From Deltaproteobacteria bacterium (GTDB lineage Bacteria; Desulfobacterota; SM23-61): a stretch of DNA of 64,000 nucleotides. Within the stretch, counting starts at the first letter, position 1. Every line of letters begins with the position of its first letter. The stretch spans positions 399-64,398 of the forward strand of contig VGSF01000018.1 of NCBI GenBank assembly GCA_016875165.1. The letters are read 5' to 3'. The notes under the pieces are model-generated. The model had not been told where the DNA came from. It did not search any database and was given only the letters and a program-made list of their open reading frames with translations. Shown here piece after piece: positions 1 to 8,948 of the stretch. A program made the translations under genes and the position numbers.

Positions 1-1050
1 GAAATATTTTCTTTCCGTTCGGTTGAAGAAATCAAGAAAGACATAGATTCCGCAAAAGCAATTGCCGATGAAATCCTCAAGATCTCCTGGAGAATGGGGT
101 TCGCAGGGAATATAAACCAGGCCCTCCTTCAGGCCCTTTTTAATCGGCCGGGGCCCCATGGCCATGCTTTTCAGAGCATTATCGGGTGGTTATATTTCGG
201 AGGGACTCAAGTTTTTCTCCAGGACGCCAACTCCCTGATGGCCAATACATCTGATCTTGTGGAGATTATCAAATACCTGAAAGAAAAATTCCCCTCCATA
301 CAGCGAATTACCAGTTACTCCCGGGCCAGGACTTTGGCTAAAAAAAGCGTCTCAGAGCTTACAGAAATCCGCGCGGCTGGCCTTTCCCGTATCCATATCG
401 GGATGGAGACAGGTTACGATCCCCTTCTCCAGTACATGAAGAAAGGGGTTACGGCCAAAGAACAAATTCAGGCGGGTAAAAATGTAGTGGAATCGGGGAT
501 CTCTCTTTCGGAATATGTCATGCCCGGGCTGGGGGGAACCCGCTGGTGGCGCGAACACGCCGTGGAAACCGCCAGGGTATTGAATCAAATCGACCCTGAT
601 TTTATACGCCTTCGCACTCTTTACGTCCGCCACGACATGCCCCTTTACAGCAAAGTTGAAGCCGGGGAATTTATCAGGCTCTCGGACGACCAGGTCGTCG
701 CGGAGATCAAACTTTTCATCGAAACCCTCGATGCCCTGCACAGCACCTTAGTCAGCGACCACATCTTAAACCTGCTGGAAGAAGTTCAGGGTAAGCTCCC
801 CGAGGGGAGGGAGAAGATTTTGGCAGTCATCGACCGCTATCTGGCCTTACCCGCAGAAGAACGTCTCCTTTATCGCGTAGGTCGAAGACTGGGTTACTAT
901 CGCAGCCTCGATGACCTTAAGGATATTCCCCTTAGGCGGCGGATTTTGCGAATGATCGATGAAGTCCGGCGGGCCAATAACCAGGAAGGGACCATCCTTT
1001 CCGAAGAAGCCGAAAGAGAAATTTACAGGTTGATGGAAAATTATATTTGA
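1..1050 (+). CDS. Radical SAM-type enzyme, C-terminal part (5' end lies outside the window)
   Basis: Frame 1 is open from base 1 to the stop at 1048-1050. The translation (..SRIHIGMETGYDPLLQYMKKGVTAKEQIQAGKNVVESGISLSEYVMPGLGG..) resembles the barrel core of radical SAM proteins. The CxxxCxxC part would lie upstream. Confidence 0.55.
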   Translation, partial: EIFSFRSVEEIKKDIDSAKAIADEILKISWRMGFAGNINQALLQALFNRPGPHGHAFQSIIGWLYFGGTQVFLQDANSLMANTSDLVEIIKYLKEKFPSIQRITSYSRARTLAKKSVSELTEIRAAGLSRIHIGMETGYDPLLQYMKKGVTAKEQIQAGKNVVESGISLSEYVMPGLGGTRWWREHAVETARVLNQIDPDFIRLRTLYVRHDMPLYSKVEAGEFIRLSDDQVVAEIKLFIETLDALHSTLVSDHILNLLEEVQGKLPEGREKILAVIDRYLALPAEERLLYRVGRRLGYYRSLDDLKDIPLRRRILRMIDEVRRANNQEGTILSEEAEREIYRLMENYI

Positions 1051-1094
1051 GGGGAAAAGATCTTTCCAAATTCCCCGAAGGAATTGACGAGGAA

Positions 1095-2528
1095 ATGATG
1101 GGCAACATGACTTTATTGACGGACCTATACCAGTTGACCATGGCGGGAGGATATTATCTTCTTGGTAAATCCGAGGAAAAAGCAACCTTTGATTATTTTT
1201 TCCGTAAAATTCCCGAGCAAGGCGGCTTCTGCGTTGCTGCCGGCTTGGAACAATTAATCCATTACATCGAAAACTTTCATTTTGACCAGGAGGACCTCGA
1301 TTATTTGAAAAGCTTGAACCTCTTCCCCCCGGAGGTCCTGGATTATTTTCGACAGCTGCGCTTCACGGGAGATTTATACGCTGTTCCCGAAGGAACATTG
1401 GTCTTTCCCCAGGAACCCATCGTACGGGTTACGGCCCCTTTACCCGAAGCCCAATTGATCGAAACTGCCCTCTTGAATATCTTAAACTTCCAGACTCTGA
1501 TAGCCACTAAATCCGCCCGCATCTGTATCGCCGCCGGTGGAGATCCGGTCATTGAATTCGGGGTCCGCCGAGCGCACGGCCCGGATGGAGGATTGAGCGC
1601 GGCCCGGGCCGCTTTCATCGGCGGAGTTAGGGCCACCTCGAACTTGATGGCCGGAAAGGTTTTCGGCATTCCGGTTCGTGGCACCTTGGCCCATAGCTGG
1701 GTGGAATCCTTCCCTTCCGAATTGGAATCATTCCAGGCTTACGGAAAAATTTATCCGAAGAACTGCCTTCTCCTGGTTGACACTTATGATACTTTGCGCA
1801 GCGGGGTTCCCAACGCCATCAAGTTAGGAAAAGAGCTTCGGGAAAACCAACAAGGAGACCTTGCGGGAATCCGCCTGGACAGCGGAGATTTGACCTTCTT
1901 AAGCCGGGAAGCCCGCAGGATGCTCGACGAAGCCGGATTTGAACGGGCCCGCATCCTGGGTTCGAGCGATCTCGACGAGTGGCTGATCGAATCCATCAAA
2001 AAACAGGGAGCGGAGATCGACATCTGGGGTGTGGGGACTCGCCTGGTCACTTCCTACTCCTGTCCGGCTCTGGGCGGGGTTTATAAGCTTTCGGCCATCC
2101 TCGAAAATGGCCATATGCGCCCCAAACTGAAAGTCTCCGATGACCAGGAAAAAATCACCAACCCGGGTATTAAAAAAATATTCCGCTTTTACGATGAGAA
2201 GAATTACATGCGGGGAGACGTGATTGTTTTAGATGACGAGACTCTCCCAGAAGGCCAGCCGGTTAAAGCCTTCCATCCCATGCTCTCGCACATAAACAAA
2301 ACCTATCCCGGGCATTTTAAAAGAGAGGAAATTTTAGCCCCGGTCTTCAAGGCCGGCCAGATGGTTTATCAGAGCCCCTCTTTAAAAAAAATCCAGGAAA
2401 ATACCTTGCAAAATCTCCAATACCTCCGGCCCGAGCACAAGCGCCTGCAGAACCCCCACATTTATCATGTAAGTTTGGGAGAAAAACTCTTTCAACAAAA
2501 ACAGGAGCTGCTCCGATCAACTGTTTAA
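1095..2528 (+). CDS. pncB: Nicotinate phosphoribosyltransferase
   Basis: N-terminal LLTDLYQLTMAGGY motif and full-length NAPRTase-like translation. ATG at 1095 is in frame; the track start at 1047 is a TTG overlapping the upstream stop. Confidence 0.85.
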   Translation: MMGNMTLLTDLYQLTMAGGYYLLGKSEEKATFDYFFRKIPEQGGFCVAAGLEQLIHYIENFHFDQEDLDYLKSLNLFPPEVLDYFRQLRFTGDLYAVPEGTLVFPQEPIVRVTAPLPEAQLIETALLNILNFQTLIATKSARICIAAGGDPVIEFGVRRAHGPDGGLSAARAAFIGGVRATSNLMAGKVFGIPVRGTLAHSWVESFPSELESFQAYGKIYPKNCLLLVDTYDTLRSGVPNAIKLGKELRENQQGDLAGIRLDSGDLTFLSREARRMLDEAGFERARILGSSDLDEWLIESIKKQGAEIDIWGVGTRLVTSYSCPALGGVYKLSAILENGHMRPKLKVSDDQEKITNPGIKKIFRFYDEKNYMRGDVIVLDDETLPEGQPVKAFHPMLSHINKTYPGHFKREEILAPVFKAGQMVYQSPSLKKIQENTLQNLQYLRPEHKRLQNPHIYHVSLGEKLFQQKQELLRSTV

Positions 2529-2622
2529 GGATGATCCGTCGGTACGAGAATGCCAGACGCCCCAAATGAGTCAGATATAAGAATAAGGTGGTCCTCTCTT
2601 TTTGATTGTTTTTCTTCAATAA

Positions 2623-5108
2623 ATGGGGCTGAAAGAAGGTGCCGCCGTGGCTGTATCAAGAATAGCCAAGATTACCCGTCCGATCGTCACGGAAGTTTTT
2701 CCGAGGGTGCGGTTGTTTAAGCTTTTGGATGCCAGCCGGCAACGGCCGGTAATCTGGATTGCAGGGCCTCCGGGTAGCGGCAAGACCGCTCTGGTGTCCA
2801 GCTATCTCGATGCCCGAAAACTCCCCTGCCTCTGGTATCAGGTTGACCCGGGCGATGCCCATCCGGCAACCTTTTTCTATTACCTGGGGCAAGCCGCCCA
2901 AAGAGCTTCCCCTAGAAAGCGAAAGCCCCTTCCCCTCCTCACCCCGGAATACCTGGAAGGAATCTCAACGTTCACCCTACGCTATTTTGAAGAGCTTTAC
3001 AGCCGTTTAAATCTACCCAAGCCCCATTTAAATCCCCCCATCCCCCCTTTACAAAAGGGGGGCAAGGGGAGATTTATATTAGTCTTCGACAACTACCATG
3101 AAGTGCCAGCCGATTCATCTCTTCATGAGGTGATTCTGAATGGCTTATCCCGAATTCCTGAAGGCATTAACGTCATTCTGATCAGCCGCAGCGATCCTCC
3201 TCCGGCTTTGATCCGGCTGCGGGAAAACCATTTTACACGAGGCGGCCGATGGGTGGGCTGCCGGATTAGTGCTGATGCTGGAGAGTGTGGAGAGAAAAGT
3301 CATTGAACCCCAGGCCCTTGGAAAGCTCACTCCAGATGAGATCTTTGACTATTTAGGAAAAGAGCTCTTCGATAAAACGGACAAAGAGATCCAGGATTTT
3401 CTGCTAAAGACAGCCTTTTTACCTAAAATGACGGCGAAAATGGCTGAAGACCTTACGGGTCTATCTCCTGCCAGTCGCATTTTGGACACTCTCAGCCGGA
3501 CTCATTACTTTAGCGAGAAGCGCTTTCATGGAAAGCCCATCTATCAGTATCATCTATTATTCCGGGAGTTTTTGCTTTCCCGGGCCAAAGAAACATTTTC
3601 CCGGGAAGACCAGTCCATTCTGCTCCATCGGGCGGCTATCCTTCTTGAGGATTCCGGTCAGACAGAAGAAGCGGTAGTGCTCTTAAGTGAAACCGGTCGC
3701 TGGAGCGAAGTGGTTGAGTTAATCAGGAAACATGCTCCTGCCATGCTCCAGCATGGAAGGAATCGCTCTCTCGCCGAATGGCTGGAAATTCTTCCCAGGG
3801 GAATCCTCGAAGATAACCCCTGGCTGCTTTATTGGATGGGGGAATGTCAGGCTCCATTCGATATTCAACTTGGCCAGTTCTATTTTGAAAAAGCCTTCGA
3901 GAAATTTAGGACGGAGGAGGGAAGAGTCGGAATATTTCTGGCCTGGGCAGGGGTCGTTAATTCCATCATCAATGAATATCGAGACTTTACTCCTCTGGAT
4001 AAATGGATCGCGGTGCTCGGGGAATTGATGGGAACCTCCGGGTCTTTTCCATCGGAAGAGGTGAGTCTTCGTGTATCCTCGGTTATGCTGCTTGCCCTGG
4101 AAATGAGACACCCCCATCATCCTGAGATCGAGAAGTGGGTCGAAAGGGTTCTTACCCTGTCTGAAAGCTGCCCGAACATTTCTGAAAAGATCATGGGTTA
4201 CGCTCGATTGGCCTACTATTGGATACAAATGGGGGAATTCCCAAAAGGGGTGATGGCGATTCACCGGCTGAGACAATTGTCCCGACAAAGGAATATTCCC
4301 CCCGTAAGGTTAATAACCGCCAATTTTCATGAATCCATATACAACCGATTTGCAGGGCTTCATGAAGAGTGTTTGAAAACTGTATCCGCGGGGCTGGAGC
4401 AATCGCAAAAGATCGGTTCTTACCCTGTATATAATTGGCTCCTCATCCATGGAATCGCCAGCTCCCTGAATGTGCACGATCTGGAAACAGCGAATGCCTT
4501 GCTGGAGAAACTGACGGTCTCATTAAACCGCAATAAACCATGGGAAACAAATTTGTATTATTTACTCAGGGCCCGGGAAGCGCTGGCTCGGGGGAAACCG
4601 GGAGAAGCGGCCATCCATGTAGAAATGGCAAATAAATTTGCCGGGCAGGTCGGTGCTCCCAACAGCCTCTTCATTTTTAATATCGTAAAAGCCCACGTGA
4701 TGCACCAACTGAATAAACATCAGGAAGCAGATTCCCAATATTTCCATTGCTGCCGATCTGGCTGACCAGATCGGCAGTAAGCTGTACCAATTTTTTATCT
4801 TATTGGCCGAAGCGCTGTTTGCCTTCGACCGGGGAGAGCAGGCATCCGGTTTGGTATCGCTGAAAAGAGCTTTGGCGATCGGGCGGGAAGGGGGATATTT
4901 TTATACTTATATTAACCAACCTTATGGAGTAGCAATGTTATGCGAAAAAGCCATCGAGGCGGGAATCGAAGTTGAGTATGTGCAGGAACTCATCAGGAGG
5001 CTGAACGTCATTCCCCAAAAGCCGCATCTCCATCTGGAAAAGTGGCCCTGGCCCTTGAAAATAAACACCCTGGGAAGCTTTGAGCTGTGCAACCCAAACC
5101 CTTTGTAA
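2623..5108 (+). pseudogene. STAND/LAL (MalT-like) AAA ATPase regulator, split over three frames and 3'-truncated
   Basis: Frame 1 has Walker A GPPGSGKT and ILVFDNYHEV. Frame 2 has DGWAAGL plus a helical repeat body. Frame 3 has the C-terminal part ending ..INTLGSFEL. Frame changes fall near 3235 and 4735, sequence appears to be missing before DGWAAGL, and the DNA-binding C-terminus is absent. Confidence 0.6.
3029..3074. repeat. 45-nt G/C palindromic element (family G) embedded in the ATPase reading frame
   Basis: AAATCCCCCCATCCCCCCTTTACAAAAGGGGGGCAAGGGGAGATTT is the same element type as 47790-47834 and 61797-61845. Here it is translated as ..LNPPIPPLQKGGKGRF.. Confidence 0.5.
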
Positions 5109-5256
5109 GGCATTACTTTCCGAGAAAAGGGGGATGGGAGAAGCGGCATCCCCATCTTGACTTTATCCCCTCCCTTGTTCATCCTTTCCGGGTCTCAATT
5201 TTTTTTCGAATCTGTAACATATCTGTAACACCTTTTGCTGTAAGAAGTAAGTAGAT

Positions 5257-5418
5257 GCTGATAATCTCGTAAAAAGCCGCAATTCCATAGAATTCGTCAT
5301 TCCGGCGAAAGCCGGAATCCAGATTTTCTTTAATGGCTCCCCTCTTCCGCGGAGACAAAGTTTGGACCCCGGCTTTCGCCGGGGTGACGCCGTAAGAGAT
5401 TTCTTGTGAGATCATCAA
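5257..5418. mobile_element. MITE family B copy with degenerate ends
   Basis: Ends GCTGATAATCTCGTAAAAAG ... CTTGTGAGATCATCAA match the family B terminal inverted repeat. The core holds GTCATTCCGGCGAAAGCCGGAATCC-type hairpins. Confidence 0.45.
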
Positions 5419-5450
5419 TGATGGATTTCCTTTTTTCGTGAGGGTTTTTC

Positions 5451-5705
5451 TTGGACCCAAAAGTTATCCCCAAGACCTATATTGTTCGGGTGTACCGTTT
5501 TGCCAGGGATAATCCCCGCCGACTCGTGGGAGTTGTGGAAGAGGCCGGGAAAAAGGAGAAGAAGGCCTTTACCGGTTACCAGGAACTCTGGGCGATTCTG
5601 AATTGGCCGGGGCGCTCAAAGTCTAAAAAAATCAGTCTGCAAGAGCGGAGAATAGGGAAATGTGAACAAGGAAGGGGAATAGGGGGAAAAATGAAATTGG
5701 ATTGA
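5451..5705 (+). CDS. Small hypothetical protein
   Basis: The ORF N-terminus (YIVRVYRFARDNPRRLVGVVEEAGKKEKKAFTGYQELWAIL) resembles a recurrent small-protein family as I recall it. The start is a non-ATG codon and the C-terminus is low complexity. Confidence 0.3.
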   Translation: MDPKVIPKTYIVRVYRFARDNPRRLVGVVEEAGKKEKKAFTGYQELWAILNWPGRSKSKKISLQERRIGKCEQGRGIGGKMKLD

Positions 5706-5800
5706 GGGGAAGGCAGAAAAAGGGCAAGGCGGGGAAACCTATGTGAATTGGGAAACGTGGGAAAAGGTGGAGTCGCTTCCACCCCTTGTTATCTGCCTTC

Positions 5801-6016
5801 TCAAACTGTTACTGGTGTCAGGGTGAAGACCCGGGCAAGCTTAGCGGCGCGAGCGATGTCACCCCGGCGCAGGGCGTCGCGGACATCGTCCAGTTTGTAG
5901 GCATCCTCCAAGCTGAGATAAGGGGACCAACCCGTGTCAGTCTCAACAAGATCAATATCTACTTCTGCTACGTAGGCACCCTCGTATACCAGCTTTTTAT
6001 GACTTCTCTTTTTCAT
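5801..6016 (-). CDS. Small antitoxin-like partner of the DUF4258 gene
   Basis: 71-aa ORF 19 nt downstream of the DUF4258-like gene on the same strand, giving a compact two-gene module. Confidence 0.45.
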   Translation of the reverse strand: MKKRSHKKLVYEGAYVAEVDIDLVETDTGWSPYLSLEDAYKLDDVRDALRRGDIARAAKLARVFTLTPVTV

Positions 6017-6034
6017 GGTCTTCTCCTTAGAAAA

Positions 6035-6343
6035 TCACTCGACCAAAGCTCGGGGTCTGGTCGATGGTCGATAAGCGGTAACAACTACGGCCGGTGTTGA
6101 GGCTCCCTTCGGAATTCCCCATACAACGTGGATCGGCTGCCCCTCTCGATCCTTTTGAAATACCAAGACGCAAGGCCCTTTTGGATAATCTGGATAGTCT
6201 TCCACAACTACGGCATCCTTAACGCCACCCATTATATCTCGGGCGAAGATGTTATCCTCTTCCATCTCGTCATATCCATGTTCGGATATCATCACCTCCT
6301 GTTTTTGAACAAGCCGAAGTACTCTCTCGAAAGTCTTACTCAT
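6035..6343 (-). CDS. DUF4258-family toxin-like protein
   Basis: The translation (..[49 protein letters not shown]..) fits the DUF4258 pattern. Confidence 0.6.
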   Translation of the reverse strand: MSKTFERVLRLVQKQEVMISEHGYDEMEEDNIFARDIMGGVKDAVVVEDYPDYPKGPCVLVFQKDREGQPIHVVWGIPKGASTPAVVVTAYRPSTRPRALVE

Positions 6344-6681
6344 GGTGATATATTAGCGTAATAAACATCCCTCTGCAACCCTTTTAGACCAAAATACTCC
6401 GGAAAGATGAAGATGATCGATTGATATTCAAGGGATATTTCCTTTCACAAGTATCCCCTTCACTTCTTCTCCGGTTTGCCGTTTCGCTTTTTCTCCACGC
6501 CCTCTTTCTCCTTTTCCCCGATTTTCCGTTACACCGTATCATTTCCTTATATATCTCCCCTTCCCTGCTTTCATAATTAGCCCTTTCCCCCTGTTTTCGT
6601 TTCTCCGCTTCTGCGTTTCTCCGCTTCCCCGATTCGTTTTTTCCAAAAAAAGTGCGGGTCGGGGTCGCACCAGAGCATGTA

Positions 6682-6753
6682 CGACATTTGGGGACGTTGT
6701 TGCATACGTTGCATAATGCGACATTTGGGGGCGTTGTTGCATACGCTGCATAA
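6682..6753 (+). repeat. Two tandem 35-nt REP-like motifs upstream of the Y1 transposase
   Basis: CGACATTTGGGGACGTTGTTGCATACGTTGCATAA (6682-6716) and CGACATTTGGGGGCGTTGTTGCATACGCTGCATAA (6719-6753). Confidence 0.7.
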
Positions 6754-6755
6754 CT

Positions 6756-6784
6756 CTTGACAGCCATCCAAGATTCCGGTAAAT
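6756..6784 (+). promoter_or_regulatory. Sigma70-like promoter TTGACA-N17-TAAATT
   Basis: TTGACA at 6756-6761, a 17-nt spacer, then TAAATT at 6779-6784. It sits 7 nt upstream of the ATG at 6792. Confidence 0.4.
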
Positions 6785-6791
6785 TCGTTTC

Positions 6792-7775
6792 ATGCCGAGG
6801 CGAGCCAGGCTCGATATTGCTGGTGCTCTGCACCATATCATGGTGCGGGGAATCAACCGGGCTCCGATCTTCCTAACCGATCAAGACCGACAGCGGTTCC
6901 TTGATCGGTTAGGCGAAGAGGTTGCGGAGGGGAAGTGTTCCGTCTATGCCTGGGTGCTGATGGAAACTCACGTTCATATCCTTTTCAAGAGCGGCCAGCA
7001 CGGCATCTCGACCGTCATGCGAAGGCTTCTGACGTGGTATGCTCAATACTTCAACCGGAGGCATCGCCGGACAGGACATCTGTTCGAAAACCGGTATAAA
7101 TCCATCTTGTGCGACGAGGAGAAATATCTCCTATCCCTGGTTCGATACATCCATCTTAATCCGGTGAGAGCGGGGATCGTTTCGACCCTGGATAAGCTGA
7201 ATCGGTACCCCTGGAGCGGACATAGCGCTATAATGGGGAAGAAGGGGTATCCATGGATGAACACAGATTATGTTCTAACCTGTTTTGGGAAAAGAAGGGG
7301 TGCTGCGCGCCGAGGTTACCTGCGATTTGTGGAAGAGGGGATGGGGATGGGAAAGGTCCCCGAGCTTACGGGTGGAGGGTTGGTGCGGAGTTTGGGCGGA
7401 TGGTCCCGGGTGGTGGCTTTAAGGAGAAAGGGGGAAGGGGAAGAGTCAGACGAACGGATTCTCGGGGATGGCGATTTTGTCGAGGCGGTTTTGCAGGAGG
7501 TGGGAGAAAGGCTGCTGCGTCAGCTTAAGGTGCGGAAGAAGGGGGTAGCAGTTGGAGATATCATCAAAGAAGAATGCGCCCGGGCCGGCGTGAATGTGGC
7601 GGGATTGATCCAAGGGAGCCGGCGGAGTTCGGTGAGCGGCGTTCGCGCGCGGATTGCGCATCGGTGCATTGAAGAAATGGGATTGCCGGCGGCGGAGATT
7701 GCGCGTCATCTTGGGGTGACGACTTCGACCATAATCCGGGCGGTTGAAAGAGTAAACAAACAAGGGGAAAAATGA
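6792..7775 (+). CDS. Y1 (HUH) tyrosine transposase, RAYT/IS200-like, with C-terminal DnaA-type HTH
   Basis: HUH motif ETHVHIL, GHLFENRYKS, and the catalytic-Tyr region RYIHLNPVRAGIV. The C-terminus (ARIAHRCIEEMGLPAAEIARHLGVTTSTI) is HTH-like. Confidence 0.8.
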   Translation: MPRRARLDIAGALHHIMVRGINRAPIFLTDQDRQRFLDRLGEEVAEGKCSVYAWVLMETHVHILFKSGQHGISTVMRRLLTWYAQYFNRRHRRTGHLFENRYKSILCDEEKYLLSLVRYIHLNPVRAGIVSTLDKLNRYPWSGHSAIMGKKGYPWMNTDYVLTCFGKRRGAARRGYLRFVEEGMGMGKVPELTGGGLVRSLGGWSRVVALRRKGEGEESDERILGDGDFVEAVLQEVGERLLRQLKVRKKGVAVGDIIKEECARAGVNVAGLIQGSRRSSVSGVRARIAHRCIEEMGLPAAEIARHLGVTTSTIIRAVERVNKQGEK

Positions 7776-7777
7776 GT

Positions 7778-7807
7778 TATGCAACGTATGCAACAACGTC
7801 CCCAAAC
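7778..7807 (-). repeat. Inverted copy of the REP-like motif downstream of the Y1 transposase
   Basis: TTATGCAACGTATGCAACAACGTCCCCAAA is the exact reverse complement of 6687-6716. Confidence 0.7.
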
Positions 7808-7830
7808 TTCCGTTGGCTGGGATAGGTAGC

Positions 7831-8172
7831 ATGAATCGACAGCGCAAAAAAAACGTTTGTCCGGTGGAACTCCCTGGCAAATTGCAAGAATTTTTCTGGG
7901 ATTACGATTTCAAAAAATTAAGCTGGATAAAGGATCGTGATTTAATTGTTTCCCGAGTTCTTTCCTCAGGTGGATGGGATGAAATCATCTGGCTCCGCTC
8001 CCATATGAACGATCGGGATCTAAGAGAATGGATCGAACACCATCAGGGCCAGGGATTAAGTTCCAAACAACTGCGATTTTGGGAACTTACTTTGGGGCTT
8101 CCGCACAAAAAGGTAAACTCCTGGCTGGAAGCGCCAGAAAGAAAAATCTGGGAAAAGAGGGGGAATTTATGA
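7831..8172 (+). CDS. Antitoxin-like partner of the AbiEii-type gene
   Basis: ATG at 7831. Its stop overlaps the next ATG (ATGA at 8169-8172). This is the typical small upstream partner of DUF1814 genes. Confidence 0.45.
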   Translation: MNRQRKKNVCPVELPGKLQEFFWDYDFKKLSWIKDRDLIVSRVLSSGGWDEIIWLRSHMNDRDLREWIEHHQGQGLSSKQLRFWELTLGLPHKKVNSWLEAPERKIWEKRGNL

Positions 8173-8849
8173 ACTTCCACCCGGAAGTTCTGGGAGCCAA
8201 CCAAAAAAAAATACTTCGGCATCTTGGCCCCCTTACAAATCACCTGGGTTTTTATCTGGGTGGAGGGACAGCCCTGGCCATCCATCTTGGACATCGCCAT
8301 TCTGTTGACCTGGACTGGTTCTCTAAAGAATCGATACCAGACCCCATGCGTTTGGCCCAGGATATTCGCGACGCAGGTATTTCTTTGGCCACGGATCGAA
8401 TAGATGGGGGTACGCTTCACGGCAGGATATCGGGTGTTCGGGTCAGCTTTTTAGAATACCGGTATCCCCTGCTGGAACCCTCTATAATATGGCCCCAATT
8501 TGGGTGCCGCATTGCCTCAATGGCAGACTTAAGCTGCATGAAGTTCTCTGCCCTATCCCAGCGAGGCTCCAAAAAAGATTTTATCGACGTTTACGCCCTT
8601 GGTTTGAAGTATAACTCCCTACCGAGTATGCTTCGCCTATACCGGAAAAAATTTTCGATAAGGGATATTGCGCATGTTCTCTATGCCCTGTCCTTCTTTG
8701 ATGATGCTGACCGGGAACAGATGCCCAGGATGCTCTGTCCCGCAAGCTGGAGAACTATCAAAAAAACAATCCATGAATGGGTAAGAGAAGTGGTAAAAGA
8801 GAACAAATTAAAATTTGCCACAGAGGGCACAGAGATCACAGAGTTTTAA
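8169..8849 (+). CDS. Nucleotidyltransferase AbiEii/AbiGii-family toxin (DUF1814)
   Basis: Translation ..FYLGGGTALAIHLGHRHSVDLDWFS.. and ..KKDFIDVYAL.. fits the AbiEii pattern. Confidence 0.7.
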   Translation: MNFHPEVLGANQKKILRHLGPLTNHLGFYLGGGTALAIHLGHRHSVDLDWFSKESIPDPMRLAQDIRDAGISLATDRIDGGTLHGRISGVRVSFLEYRYPLLEPSIIWPQFGCRIASMADLSCMKFSALSQRGSKKDFIDVYALGLKYNSLPSMLRLYRKKFSIRDIAHVLYALSFFDDADREQMPRMLCPASWRTIKKTIHEWVREVVKENKLKFATEGTEITEF

Positions 8850-8948
8850 ACCAATGATTAAGAAAAATTAAAGAATAAGTGTTAAACGTCTAAAGTGATC
8901 CGCCTGAGGCGGAATAAAGTTGAAAAAGGAATTTCCTATACAATGAAC

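Noticed and set aside
4750-4777. Perfect 12-bp inverted repeat CTGCCGATCTGG-CTGA-CCAGATCGGCAG near the second frameshift of the STAND ATPase, as an insertion scar
   Set aside because: In frame 3 it translates sensibly as ..AADLADQIGS.., continuous with the downstream protein. The frame change lies slightly upstream (about 4735), so the palindrome appears incidental.
5179-5460. 93-aa minus-strand ORF containing TPAKAGVQ..SGFRRNDEF
   Set aside because: It runs through a family B MITE. The peptide is the familiar spurious translation of GTCATTCCGGCGAAAGCCGGAATCC-type hairpin repeats.
6384-6856. Overlapping minus-strand ORFs of 64-150 aa upstream of the Y1 transposase
   Set aside because: They translate a pyrimidine-rich low-complexity tract and the REP-like motifs (repeated KRRNAE/GEKRK). 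No coding signal is present.
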